A stretch of 64,000 nt of DNA from Oligoflexales bacterium. GTDB taxonomy: Bacteria > Bdellovibrionota_B > Oligoflexia > Oligoflexales > JAPPIL01. The stretch spans positions 640,001 through 704,000 of the forward strand of contig OZ244057.1 of NCBI GenBank assembly GCA_965215515.1. The letters are read 5' to 3'. Under the pieces are notes generated by a model, which made no database searches, was not told the origin of the DNA, and saw nothing but the letters and a program-made list of their open reading frames with translations. Position 1 is the stretch's first letter, and every line of letters starts with the position of its first letter. The position numbers and the translations under genes are program-made. Below are positions 31,353 to 39,756 of the stretch, one piece after another.

Positions 31353-32114
31353 TCAGTGTCGCACGATGGATAGGGTGCGGGCGGTGTCGGCTGCGATCCA
31401 ACCCTTCTTGCCGTCGGATAGTTTAATTTGCAGGTAATCGTTGCCTTCCTGCTCAACGATGAACGGTGCTCCTTCGTGTAACACGAACAGCTTTGTATTA
31501 TCCTCGCTCGGCCCTGAACGGACGGGAACACGTGTCGCGATGACCGCTCCCCAGTGTTCGGCAAGCATCGCCTTTGCCTGCAGGAAAACCACCGACAGCA
31601 TGGCGATGGCCAGCAGCAGCACGCCGAGTTTTAATAAAAACACAATTTGACGGTAAAATAGCCAAACAGTCAGCAACAACAACCCGACCCCTAAGGCCAA
31701 GAGAGCGGTGAAACTCAACTCACGGGCGGTAACAAAATCGGTGATAAAACCCAGAGCATCGTAAAAACGCCGCGGCATCTCGACTCCCAGCTTATCGGCG
31801 ATGTTATCCTGTACATGGGCGAGATTGAATTTTACGTCCGCATCACGCGGTAGATAGTGTCGCGCGGCCAGCAAGGCAGCCATCGCTTCCCCTTTGCGCT
31901 GCAAACGATACCAAGCAATTCCCATATTGTAGTAGACATGCCCGTTGACGTGCCCGCTGGCGACGACCTCCTGATAAAGATCGAGAGCACGACGGTACGC
32001 GCGTGCGTCGAAGGCAGCCTCCGCCTCCCGTATCTTTGCCGTCAAGTCGATAGCTTGTGCATCGTTGCCCAGCAAGGTGTACAGTACGGCGAAAGCAAAA
32101 AAGTGCTTCAGCAT
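31353..32114 (-). CDS. BatE-like TPR/TM/SH3b protein
   Basis: Signal peptide, TPR (VYYNMG), two TM helices, VRSGP...LHEG...GKKGWI. Confidence 0.8.
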   Translation of the reverse strand: MLKHFFAFAVLYTLLGNDAQAIDLTAKIREAEAAFDARAYRRALDLYQEVVASGHVNGHVYYNMGIAWYRLQRKGEAMAALLAARHYLPRDADVKFNLAHVQDNIADKLGVEMPRRFYDALGFITDFVTARELSFTALLALGVGLLLLTVWLFYRQIVFLLKLGVLLLAIAMLSVVFLQAKAMLAEHWGAVIATRVPVRSGPSEDNTKLFVLHEGAPFIVEQEGNDYLQIKLSDGKKGWIAADTARTLSIVRH

Positions 32115-33877
32115 CTCCTCTCCACTTCTCCTGCGAGGTTATCGGTTTCGGCAACGAGGTCAGCGAACTTAACACCATGCGTCGCGGCGGCGGCAAACAG
32201 CACTTTTTCCAGCTCCTGCAAATGACCTCCCACCCGCCGACAAAGGTTTTCCTCCAGCTGCTTCTCCTGCAACCGCCGTTGAATTTCACGTGGCGTAGCT
32301 GACAAGCCCTGCATCCCTAGTTTAGCACCGAGAAAAGCGCGGAAATTCTGCGCCAGCTGTGCCGCGGAACCTTGCTCCGCTGCCGCGAGTGTCAGCTGTG
32401 CCCTCCTGAAAGTACGCCAAGCCTGTGCCTGTCGTGATGCAGCACGGGGGCGCAACCACTGCAGGTACAGGCATAACACGGCAAAGATGAATAACAACGA
32501 CAAGGCAATGCCGAGCAAACGCAGCTGCAAGGTACGGGGGAAGGCGTGGTTGACCAGTAACGCCTTGCCACGGTGAATGGTGATGAGGTCTGCACCGAGC
32601 ACGGCCACAGCACTCTTGCGAGCGGTCTCCTCCTGTGCCGCGGCAACTACCTGCAGTTCATCTTGGGGTGACGCGATGACAGTCAACTCGCCGAGCTCGA
32701 TCGCCTGCTGCCGAAACTCCCCCCGTGTAGGGTCAAACCAGGCGAGTTGCAACGTGCCTAAAGCCAAATCGCCGCGGCGCAACGGCTGCAAGGCGAATTT
32801 CAGCGTTGCCTGCGAATAAAGTCCTTTACTCCTGTCTCCCCGCACCGTAGCGGTGGGTTTGTCGGGGTAAACCTTGCAATCTTTGAATTTAAGTGCGAGT
32901 GGCTTGATGCCGCGCAAATTTCCATAGCCCTCGACAGACAGGGTAAGTGTGGCTGACTCTGCACGGTTCAGCTGTTTTTTGTTGAGGGCAGCACGCACGC
33001 GGAAATCCCCGACTACGGCGAGGTTAAGGGCATCGGCGGGGGGTGGGGGTAAGGGTTTGACCTCGAGCACGGCAGCGGGAGAACTGACACGCTTGCGCAC
33101 TTGGCGAGTGTTCAAGGAGAAAAAATCGTCGAAAAACCCAGGTCGAGTGCGGCGTTGGTCGGCGGCGGCGATCACCGTGTTCAACACGTACCGCGGCACT
33201 GTTAACCGCGCCCCTGCCTTCAGCGGAATCAACACCCGTTTGACCTCGATAACACGGTAGGCAGTGCCATCTACTACTTGGCGATAGTTGCGTTCCTTGC
33301 CGAGCTTGAAAGCATCGAAGGCGAGCAACGCGACTTCTTCCTGTGCAGCATCGAGTAGCTTGACGCGATAGAAAATTTTGATAGTCTCCACTATCTGCTC
33401 GCCGACGTACGCCTCTTGCGGTTCGAAGGTGCGGGTGATGAACATCTCTCGCTGCTCGTGCATGCCTGTGGGCGGTGTGTGTGCTGCCCCCACGAATAGG
33501 GTTAGTGGGACGGTACGTGCCACTTCGCCATCCACTTCCAGCGCTAGTGAAGGTATTGTGTAGGTGTCTTCCCGCGTCGGGGTGAGTATATAGCGATAGC
33601 GCACCTCTCGTGCTACCACCCCGTTCACCCACGAGGTGCTGTGGGAAGTGCCTGCGGCACTTATCCTCAGCCCTGCTAGCGGTGGCAGCTGCGGCTCACT
33701 GTCGGCTTTGCCGTTGACGGTCAGCGTCAACACGAACTGGTCGTCGATCGTGCCTCTGTTCTTGTCCAGCTCGGCGGTCAACGACCCCGCCCACAGCGGT
33801 AGTGTCGTGCACCACAGCACGGTGCTGGCGAAAAATTTCATTCCTGATGCCCCGCATTCAGCGACGACGCGCCTCAC
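32108..33877 (-). CDS. BatD family protein
   Basis: Signal peptide, SWVNG, YVGEQI, VGDF, VEGYGN, KVYPD, AWFDP and a C-terminal TM helix. Confidence 0.82.
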   Translation of the reverse strand: MRRVVAECGASGMKFFASTVLWCTTLPLWAGSLTAELDKNRGTIDDQFVLTLTVNGKADSEPQLPPLAGLRISAAGTSHSTSWVNGVVAREVRYRYILTPTREDTYTIPSLALEVDGEVARTVPLTLFVGAAHTPPTGMHEQREMFITRTFEPQEAYVGEQIVETIKIFYRVKLLDAAQEEVALLAFDAFKLGKERNYRQVVDGTAYRVIEVKRVLIPLKAGARLTVPRYVLNTVIAAADQRRTRPGFFDDFFSLNTRQVRKRVSSPAAVLEVKPLPPPPADALNLAVVGDFRVRAALNKKQLNRAESATLTLSVEGYGNLRGIKPLALKFKDCKVYPDKPTATVRGDRSKGLYSQATLKFALQPLRRGDLALGTLQLAWFDPTRGEFRQQAIELGELTVIASPQDELQVVAAAQEETARKSAVAVLGADLITIHRGKALLVNHAFPRTLQLRLLGIALSLLFIFAVLCLYLQWLRPRAASRQAQAWRTFRRAQLTLAAAEQGSAAQLAQNFRAFLGAKLGMQGLSATPREIQRRLQEKQLEENLCRRVGGHLQELEKVLFAAAATHGVKFADLVAETDNLAGEVERRC

Positions 33878-34136
33878 ACTTCGATCACATCTCCAATGTG
33901 ACGCATTATGCGGCTCTGTTCAAATGTTTTTTCCGCCCCAGCTAGCGCAAGCATGACGTTGCATGAGCGGCAAAAAACCCGCGTCGGGGTTCACCGTTAC
34001 ATTGTATCACGAAGTGTGTTACGCGGTACACGCAGGCTTGCTTTGTCCGCAAAAACTGACGCAGTTGAGGCTTGCCAGTCGGCGTGTTTCTGTGATACGG
34101 GCGGCTGGTGTCGGACGAAAAAGGGAGATGAGAGCA

Positions 34137-34607
34137 ATGGTTGCAGAAGGTGGGATAACTCCCGCGGTGGTGTTGCCCTGTGATACAGGTGAGGTGTTCG
34201 ACCTCGCCCAGTATCGCAACGAGCGCAACGTGGTGTTGTATTTCTACCCGAAGGACAACACGCCTGGCTGCACCAAGGAGTCGGTCAATTTTCAGGCTGA
34301 GCTCACAAAAATTCATGCCCTTGACAGTGAAGTGGTGGGAGTGAGTCCCGACAGCGTCGCGTCGCACCAGCGTTTCAAGCAAAAATTTGCTTTTGAGTTC
34401 CCCCTGCTCGCTGATATCGATAGGAAAGTTTGCCAGAGCTTCGGGGTTTGGGTGCAGAAGAGCATGTTCGGGAAAAAATACTACGGTGTGCAACGTGCCA
34501 CATTCATCATCGGTAAAGACGGCATCATCAAAAAAGTCTGGCCCAAAGTTAGCGTCAACGGACACGTGGAGGAGGTGATCGCGGCATTGCAACAGCTGTG
34601 TGCTTAG
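34137..34607 (+). CDS. bcp: Peroxiredoxin Bcp/PrxQ
   Basis: VLYFYPKDNTPGCT, GVSPDS, RATFII; start chosen by RBS spacing (the track ORF starts at 33963). Confidence 0.92.
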   Translation: MVAEGGITPAVVLPCDTGEVFDLAQYRNERNVVLYFYPKDNTPGCTKESVNFQAELTKIHALDSEVVGVSPDSVASHQRFKQKFAFEFPLLADIDRKVCQSFGVWVQKSMFGKKYYGVQRATFIIGKDGIIKKVWPKVSVNGHVEEVIAALQQLCA

Positions 34608-34698
34608 TCCCGCTAGAGACGTGCCAAGCTGCTATCACAGTGTCGCTGATCCACAGGCGGATATCGCCTCTGCTGAACTGACTCAAGGAGAGGATAAA

Positions 34699-35253
34699 AT
34701 GCGTTATCTTTACACGATACTGATGTTGGCGGCAGCTGTTGCCCAGGGCAAGGATTGTGCCCTAGAAATCGCGGGCAACGACATGATGAAGTTTGACCAG
34801 ACAGAGTTGCGGGTAGACAGTTCCTGCACACGGGTTAAGTTGACCCTGCAGCACAGCGGACAGTTGCCGAAGGCGGCGATGGGGCACAATTGGGTATTGA
34901 CGAAGGCCGCGGACAAGGCAGCTACCGTTGCCGCGGGGGTGACGGCGGGGCCGCAACACGGCTACCTGCAGAAAGATGACCCGCGTATCATCGCCGCGAC
35001 CGACATGATCGGCGGCAAAGAACAAACTAGCGTCACTTTCCCTACCAGCAAGCTTAAAGTCGGCGAAAAATACGTATTTTTTTGCACTTTCCCAGGGCAT
35101 GTGGGTTTGATGACAGGAGACTTTATTTTCGCTGCACCAGACGAAGGCACGGCAAAGACCGCGGGGACAACACAGAAGGCAATGCAGCCAGCGAACAAGG
35201 CAAAAGCAGCGACAACAGCAACACCAAGTTCTGCTACTTCTGTCCAGAAGTAG
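34699..35253 (+). CDS. azu: Azurin (type-1 copper protein) with Ala/Thr/Lys-rich tail
   Basis: GNDMMKFD, MGHNWVL, FFCTFPGH...M; signal peptide; RBS upstream of 34699. Confidence 0.9.
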   Translation: MRYLYTILMLAAAVAQGKDCALEIAGNDMMKFDQTELRVDSSCTRVKLTLQHSGQLPKAAMGHNWVLTKAADKAATVAAGVTAGPQHGYLQKDDPRIIAATDMIGGKEQTSVTFPTSKLKVGEKYVFFCTFPGHVGLMTGDFIFAAPDEGTAKTAGTTQKAMQPANKAKAATTATPSSATSVQK

Positions 35254-35359
35254 TGCGCCTAAAGCTATTTAGAGCTGCGCCACAAACATCTTCACTAAAG
35301 ATTTCCCGCGTTAGTACCGAATGGGGGGCAGATGTGCCGTTGCAAACCGAGGAGACTGC

Positions 35360-35587
35360 ATGTTTGATCCCAACAGATTCAAGAAAGCCGTCAAGGAATG
35401 GGTCAAAACGCACTCTAACGGCAGCGTCCGAGAGTTCGTCGATTTCTGCGAAGAACAAATACCCGCCCCGCACTTTGCCGCTAACCAATGGCTCATAGCA
35501 CAGAGCATCAGCTGGTACGAACACATCCTCGCCCAGCGCAAAGCTGCCCGTGAAGCCGACCGCCTGTACGAGTCAGGGGTTGAATGA
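35360..35587 (+). CDS. Small hypothetical protein (75 aa)
   Basis: GAGGAG RBS; MFDPNRFKKAVKEWV... is protein-like. Confidence 0.65.
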   Translation: MFDPNRFKKAVKEWVKTHSNGSVREFVDFCEEQIPAPHFAANQWLIAQSISWYEHILAQRKAAREADRLYESGVE

Positions 35588-35612
35588 AAGCGACATGCTT
35601 GCAGAGAGCTGC

Positions 35613-36382
35613 TTAGCGGGGCGGAAATGTCCCCTCGCGCGGCGATAGCCCGCTATCCCTTGTAACAAACGGCACATCATCATCAAGGTATGCGTGATCG
35701 AACTTCAGATCGAAAACCCTGCTGAGCTTGCCATCAAACAGGGCTGACTTCTCTACCATGAACTTGAGACGGAAATGATCGTGCATTGGCATGCTTTTCA
35801 GTACAACTTCGTATCGCCCCGTTGCACTGCTCTGCGATGCAGCTTCCTGAAAGTTTCCTTGGCATCGTGAACTCCCACAGTGTAATCCTCGGCAGGCAGG
35901 TCGACCAGCAACTTCGGGTAGGAAGTACGCCTTATCTTGCATCCTCCTCTTCTTGGGACTGATTTGATACAGGTTTCATTGAAATTAATCACGCGTGTTG
36001 CCGTAAACACCAGCTGCAAACCGAGACGACTAGCCCCGTACTGACTGACTTGCACCTTCACGCTGGCGAACTCCCCCTCGCTTGTGGAAGCGTAGTACAC
36101 GACACCACTGTGGTAGGTGTACGCACTATCATCGCTATCCAGTGTTTGCCCGTTACTGCCCGCACCGCCGTTCTCGTTCCCCAGCTGTGCCTGTGTGCTC
36201 GTATTCGTATTAGACGGTGGCGGCATCCCAGGCGCAGCTGTCTGATCAGATGCTGCACCACCACCGAGCTCTATCTGCTCTTCATCACCGACGTTATCCG
36301 CGTGCGGTAGCTCGAGCTCTGGTGCCTGGCAAGCAAGTACGAGCCGCACAGCTAAAACGACACAACAAAAGAGCAACCGCAT
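35613..36382 (-). pseudogene. Putative lipoprotein split by a single frameshift (or a sequence error)
   Basis: Lipobox LAC at the N-terminus; protein-like sequence continues in a second frame (QEAASQSSATGRYEVVL...) near 35850. Confidence 0.5.
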
Positions 36383-36435
36383 CCTAAGCCCCCATCACAA
36401 CCCGCGCCCCCTATCGGCCAGTCTGCGGCAAACCT

Positions 36436-37185
36436 TTAGCTATGACGCGACACTAAATCCGCCGCACTATCGATAGCCTTGCTGTCGCGGCTGGCACGAC
36501 ACAGATAGATGGGGATACCGAGTTCAAGAGCGCGCAATTGCTCCAATTTTTCTTGTTTTTCCAACGCTGAGGGCGGGGCGGTGCAGAAACGGGTGAGCGC
36601 AGCACGACTGTAGGCATAGACCCCGATGTGCTTCCAGAACACGGCTGGGACAGCGCCTTGCTCTGCATACGGCAGCGGACGGCGGGAAAAATACAAGGCA
36701 CGATCGTGTCTGCCAGCGACCACCTTGACGACATTCGTGTCGTAGTAAGCACGTGCCGTACGGCTAGCAAAAACCAGCGTCGCTATCACCTCCGTCGCCG
36801 TGCAGGCAGCCAACTGCCGACACAAAGCCAACACATCAGCACGAGCTACCGTAGGCTCATCGCCCTGCACATTCAAGACATAACGACACGCACTGGTCGC
36901 AGCAACCTCATGACAACGCTCAGTGCCGCACACATGCGCGGCGGCGGTCATCTGCACAGGCACATAATTTTTTTTGCACAACGTAAAAATTTCCTCTGCG
37001 TCGGTGGCAACGACAATTTTTGCTCCTTGTGCAGCGAGCGGGGCAACGTTGGCATAGGTAGACAAGATAAGAGGACGGCTGTGCAGTAATTGCAGTGCCT
37101 TGCGAGGCAGACGTTGCGACGCAAGACGGGCAGGAATGACGATGAGCCAGTTTTTGAGGCAGTCGCGACTATTCTTTGTTGACAT
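36436..37185 (-). CDS. kdsB: 3-deoxy-manno-octulosonate cytidylyltransferase
   Basis: IPARLASQRLPRKAL, GTER, NVQGDEP, ALYFSR, HIGVYAY, EKLEQLRAL. Confidence 0.93.
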   Translation of the reverse strand: MSTKNSRDCLKNWLIVIPARLASQRLPRKALQLLHSRPLILSTYANVAPLAAQGAKIVVATDAEEIFTLCKKNYVPVQMTAAAHVCGTERCHEVAATSACRYVLNVQGDEPTVARADVLALCRQLAACTATEVIATLVFASRTARAYYDTNVVKVVAGRHDRALYFSRRPLPYAEQGAVPAVFWKHIGVYAYSRAALTRFCTAPPSALEKQEKLEQLRALELGIPIYLCRASRDSKAIDSAADLVSRHS

Positions 37186-37186
37186 C

Positions 37187-37195
37187 TGCTATAAT
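37187..37195 (+). promoter_or_regulatory. Extended -10 promoter element
   Basis: TGcTATAAT just upstream of the 37201/37231 ORF. Confidence 0.5.
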
Positions 37196-37200
37196 GGGAG

Positions 37201-38355
37201 ATGATGGCGAAGTTCCCGCGCGGAGGGATTATGGCGCGTCCTGTCGAGGATGACAACGTTTTTTTCTTCGACACTTTTCTGCTGTTGTGCGAGCAGGCGC
37301 TGCGGTTCAATTTTTTTGTTACCGACAGTATGGCGGCCGCGTTTTCCTGTGTGCATCGCACCACAGAGGAGTTCTACAGTGATCTCAAGGGTATGGAGGA
37401 CAGCGAGGAACGCCTACCGCACTTTATCCAGCAATGCTGGCAAGGGTTGCAGCGGTCACCGCGTTCGCTCAGGAGCGAGAGCAAAGACCGACTCACCGTC
37501 GCGCTAGCAAAGTGCTCGCCAGAGGAGCGCGGTTACCTAGCCGCACTAGACTGCCTCGGCCTGTCGCCCGAAGAGACCTGCACCGTCTTCGCGCTGGACA
37601 ACGTCGTCGCACTCACCGACAAAGTCAATACGGTGCGACAACGCCTGGCAAAGGACGGCAACTACGCTGAGGTCAAGCCGCGCATACAGAGTATTTTTCG
37701 CACCGCGTCGTTGCGCGCAGAGCAGCGAGGTAAGTTGTGCGAGCTTATCTTACCTGGTTTCGATGCACAGGCCGCACAGGATAAAACTACCCGTGATGCC
37801 GAGTCTGTCTTGCACAAAGAACGGCGACGCAATTATTTGGCCGTCGGTATGTGTCTTATCATGCTCGGTGTTGCCGCACGTTACTGGCAACAAAGAACCG
37901 AAGGTGAACCGAAGGTTATCGAGTGGCTAGGTTACGAGACCCTGGCAATCGAGGAAGATCCACAACGGCTGGGCTTTCCCTCCGACGATGTCTCCGAAAT
38001 CCGCGCTTACTTCGACAATCAGCGTGGCTTGGGCTTCAAACCCCAGCTACTGCACATGCCTGTGCGGTGGCAACCGCGGGCCGCGGGTATCATCGACTAC
38101 GATGCGCGGCTGGTAACGGTAGTCAAATACGAGAGCAGCAAAGGCGATGATGTCGTGCTGCACTACGCTTTTCGCGGGAAAACTAACAACCTCGCCGCAC
38201 CGGAGAACAGTACGGGCGATTTCACCTTTCGCTCCTACGCTTCGGATGATCTCAACATGATCGCTTGGTCACAGGGGCGGGCAATCGGAGTGTTGGTGGG
38301 GCGCTTAGGAACAGATGATCTCGTCGCGCTGGGGCGCAGCCCTAGTCCTGAATAA
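37201..38355 (+). CDS. Membrane protein: degenerate ECF-sigma-like N-terminus fused to an anti-sigma-like extracytoplasmic domain
   Basis: LAKCSPEERGYLAALDCLGLSPEETCTVF is region-4-like; one TM helix; SDDVSEIRAYF...LGFKP...IDYD...NMIAWSQG; the start may be 37231. Confidence 0.6.
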   Translation: MMAKFPRGGIMARPVEDDNVFFFDTFLLLCEQALRFNFFVTDSMAAAFSCVHRTTEEFYSDLKGMEDSEERLPHFIQQCWQGLQRSPRSLRSESKDRLTVALAKCSPEERGYLAALDCLGLSPEETCTVFALDNVVALTDKVNTVRQRLAKDGNYAEVKPRIQSIFRTASLRAEQRGKLCELILPGFDAQAAQDKTTRDAESVLHKERRRNYLAVGMCLIMLGVAARYWQQRTEGEPKVIEWLGYETLAIEEDPQRLGFPSDDVSEIRAYFDNQRGLGFKPQLLHMPVRWQPRAAGIIDYDARLVTVVKYESSKGDDVVLHYAFRGKTNNLAAPENSTGDFTFRSYASDDLNMIAWSQGRAIGVLVGRLGTDDLVALGRSPSPE

Positions 38356-38377
38356 ATAATATCACGGAGAACTGACC

Positions 38378-38776
38378 ATGCTTCATCACGCTCCCACCCT
38401 GCTGCTCACCTCGGCAGTGCTCACTATCCTGGCGTTAAGTGAACGAGGAGTAGCAGAGGATGTCATTCACATCGAAGAGGGCTGCTATAAGATCGGCAGC
38501 CACCGCACCTGTCCTCCCGAAATCAGTGGCTATGTACCCGTAGTAAGAGGGCCTGGAGATGTCCTTCTCATAGACCCCTTCGGTAACATCAGGGAGCCGT
38601 ATCAGTATGGGTGCACCCAGCAACAACAACAGCAGGGCAAATGTCCTCACCAGGGTCCCGTGCAGGATTTATACCACCCTAAATCGCACCCACAACAGAA
38701 TGCGGGGCAGAATCTTCCTAACGCTCCCAACAACCAAGCGACGCAGGGAGGAGGGGATCTTATTGTCCCCCCCTGA
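38378..38776 (+). CDS. Hypothetical exported protein, Cys/Gln/Pro-rich
   Basis: GGAG RBS, signal-like N-terminus, 4 Cys. Confidence 0.55.
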   Translation: MLHHAPTLLLTSAVLTILALSERGVAEDVIHIEEGCYKIGSHRTCPPEISGYVPVVRGPGDVLLIDPFGNIREPYQYGCTQQQQQQGKCPHQGPVQDLYHPKSHPQQNAGQNLPNAPNNQATQGGGDLIVPP

Positions 38777-39752
38777 GGGCACAGAGTCGATATAGGAGGC
38801 GTGCTGCGACGTTTTCGTCCCAGCGGTTAGGTGCTGGCACAACCTCACACAGGTCAGCGCCGATGATCTGCTTGCCCGCCAGGTGCAGTTTCTCGCACAA
38901 CAGCAGAACATCGTTGTAACACAAACCACCTGGCACAGGTGTGCCCGTGTGCGGGCATAGCGAAGGATCGAGTGCGTCGATGTCAAACGAGATATACACC
39001 TGCGTGGGTAAACGCGCTACGATCTCGTCCACTACGTTGATAAAGCTACGTCGGTAAATGTCATGGTCGAAGAATACCGCAGCTCGTGCTCGCAAGCCGA
39101 GCATAAACTCATATTCCGCCGCACAGAAGTCACGGATACCGACATGCACGATTTTGTGCACCGCGTCGATCTGTGTCATCGTCTGGTACATGATCGAAGC
39201 ATGACTGAAGTCTAAACCCTGATAGGCGCAGCGATAATCGAAGTGTGCGTCGAGATGCAAAATGCCAAACTCGGCATAGCGTGTGCTGAGTTGTTGCAAA
39301 AACCCGAACGGCACACTGTGATCGCCACCCAGCAGCAGCACCAGTTTGCCCTCAGCCGCCAGCTTGGCTGTTTCTTGCTGCACAGCTGTATTCAAGGTGG
39401 CACTCAGGGCGTTGCTGCGTGCTATCCTTTGTGCCGCAGTCAGTGTCTCCTGCTCGGCAAGCAGTGCTCGTTGGTGAGCGATAACGGGATGGGCGAGTTC
39501 TCGCATGCACATTCCCCGTCGATAGGCTTGGTAGGGGAAACCGACTGCGCAGAGGTCTATCTCATGGCTTGCGGCCAAGACTGCTTGTGGGGCAGCGGCT
39601 GTGCCTCGTCCGTACGACGCGCTGAGTTCCCACGGTACTGCCAGCACCACTACCGCACAGTCGTCGTACGGGACATCGAAACCGAACAAACCGCGCTCGG
39701 AGGGCACGGCTTCGCCTCGTTCGGTACGGGTGAATTGTTCTGCGGCTAGCAT
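38760..39752 (-). CDS. speB: Agmatinase / ureohydrolase family protein
   Basis: GGDHS, HLDAHFD, SHAS, SFDIDALDP, GTPVPGGL. Confidence 0.85.
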   Translation of the reverse strand: MLAAEQFTRTERGEAVPSERGLFGFDVPYDDCAVVVLAVPWELSASYGRGTAAAPQAVLAASHEIDLCAVGFPYQAYRRGMCMRELAHPVIAHQRALLAEQETLTAAQRIARSNALSATLNTAVQQETAKLAAEGKLVLLLGGDHSVPFGFLQQLSTRYAEFGILHLDAHFDYRCAYQGLDFSHASIMYQTMTQIDAVHKIVHVGIRDFCAAEYEFMLGLRARAAVFFDHDIYRRSFINVVDEIVARLPTQVYISFDIDALDPSLCPHTGTPVPGGLCYNDVLLLCEKLHLAGKQIIGADLCEVVPAPNRWDENVAARLLYRLCALRGGQ

Positions 39753-39756
39753 CGAG

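Noticed and set aside
33942..34592. 216-aa antisense ORF over bcp, and similar long shadow ORFs (6255-6980, 18001-18642, 53286-53882)
   Set aside because: Antisense to well-supported genes, as expected from codon bias in GC-rich coding DNA
34611..34626. sigma54-like TGGCAC-N7-GC on the - strand
   Set aside because: It points antisense into bcp, over 700 nt from the next - strand gene, and lacks TTGC
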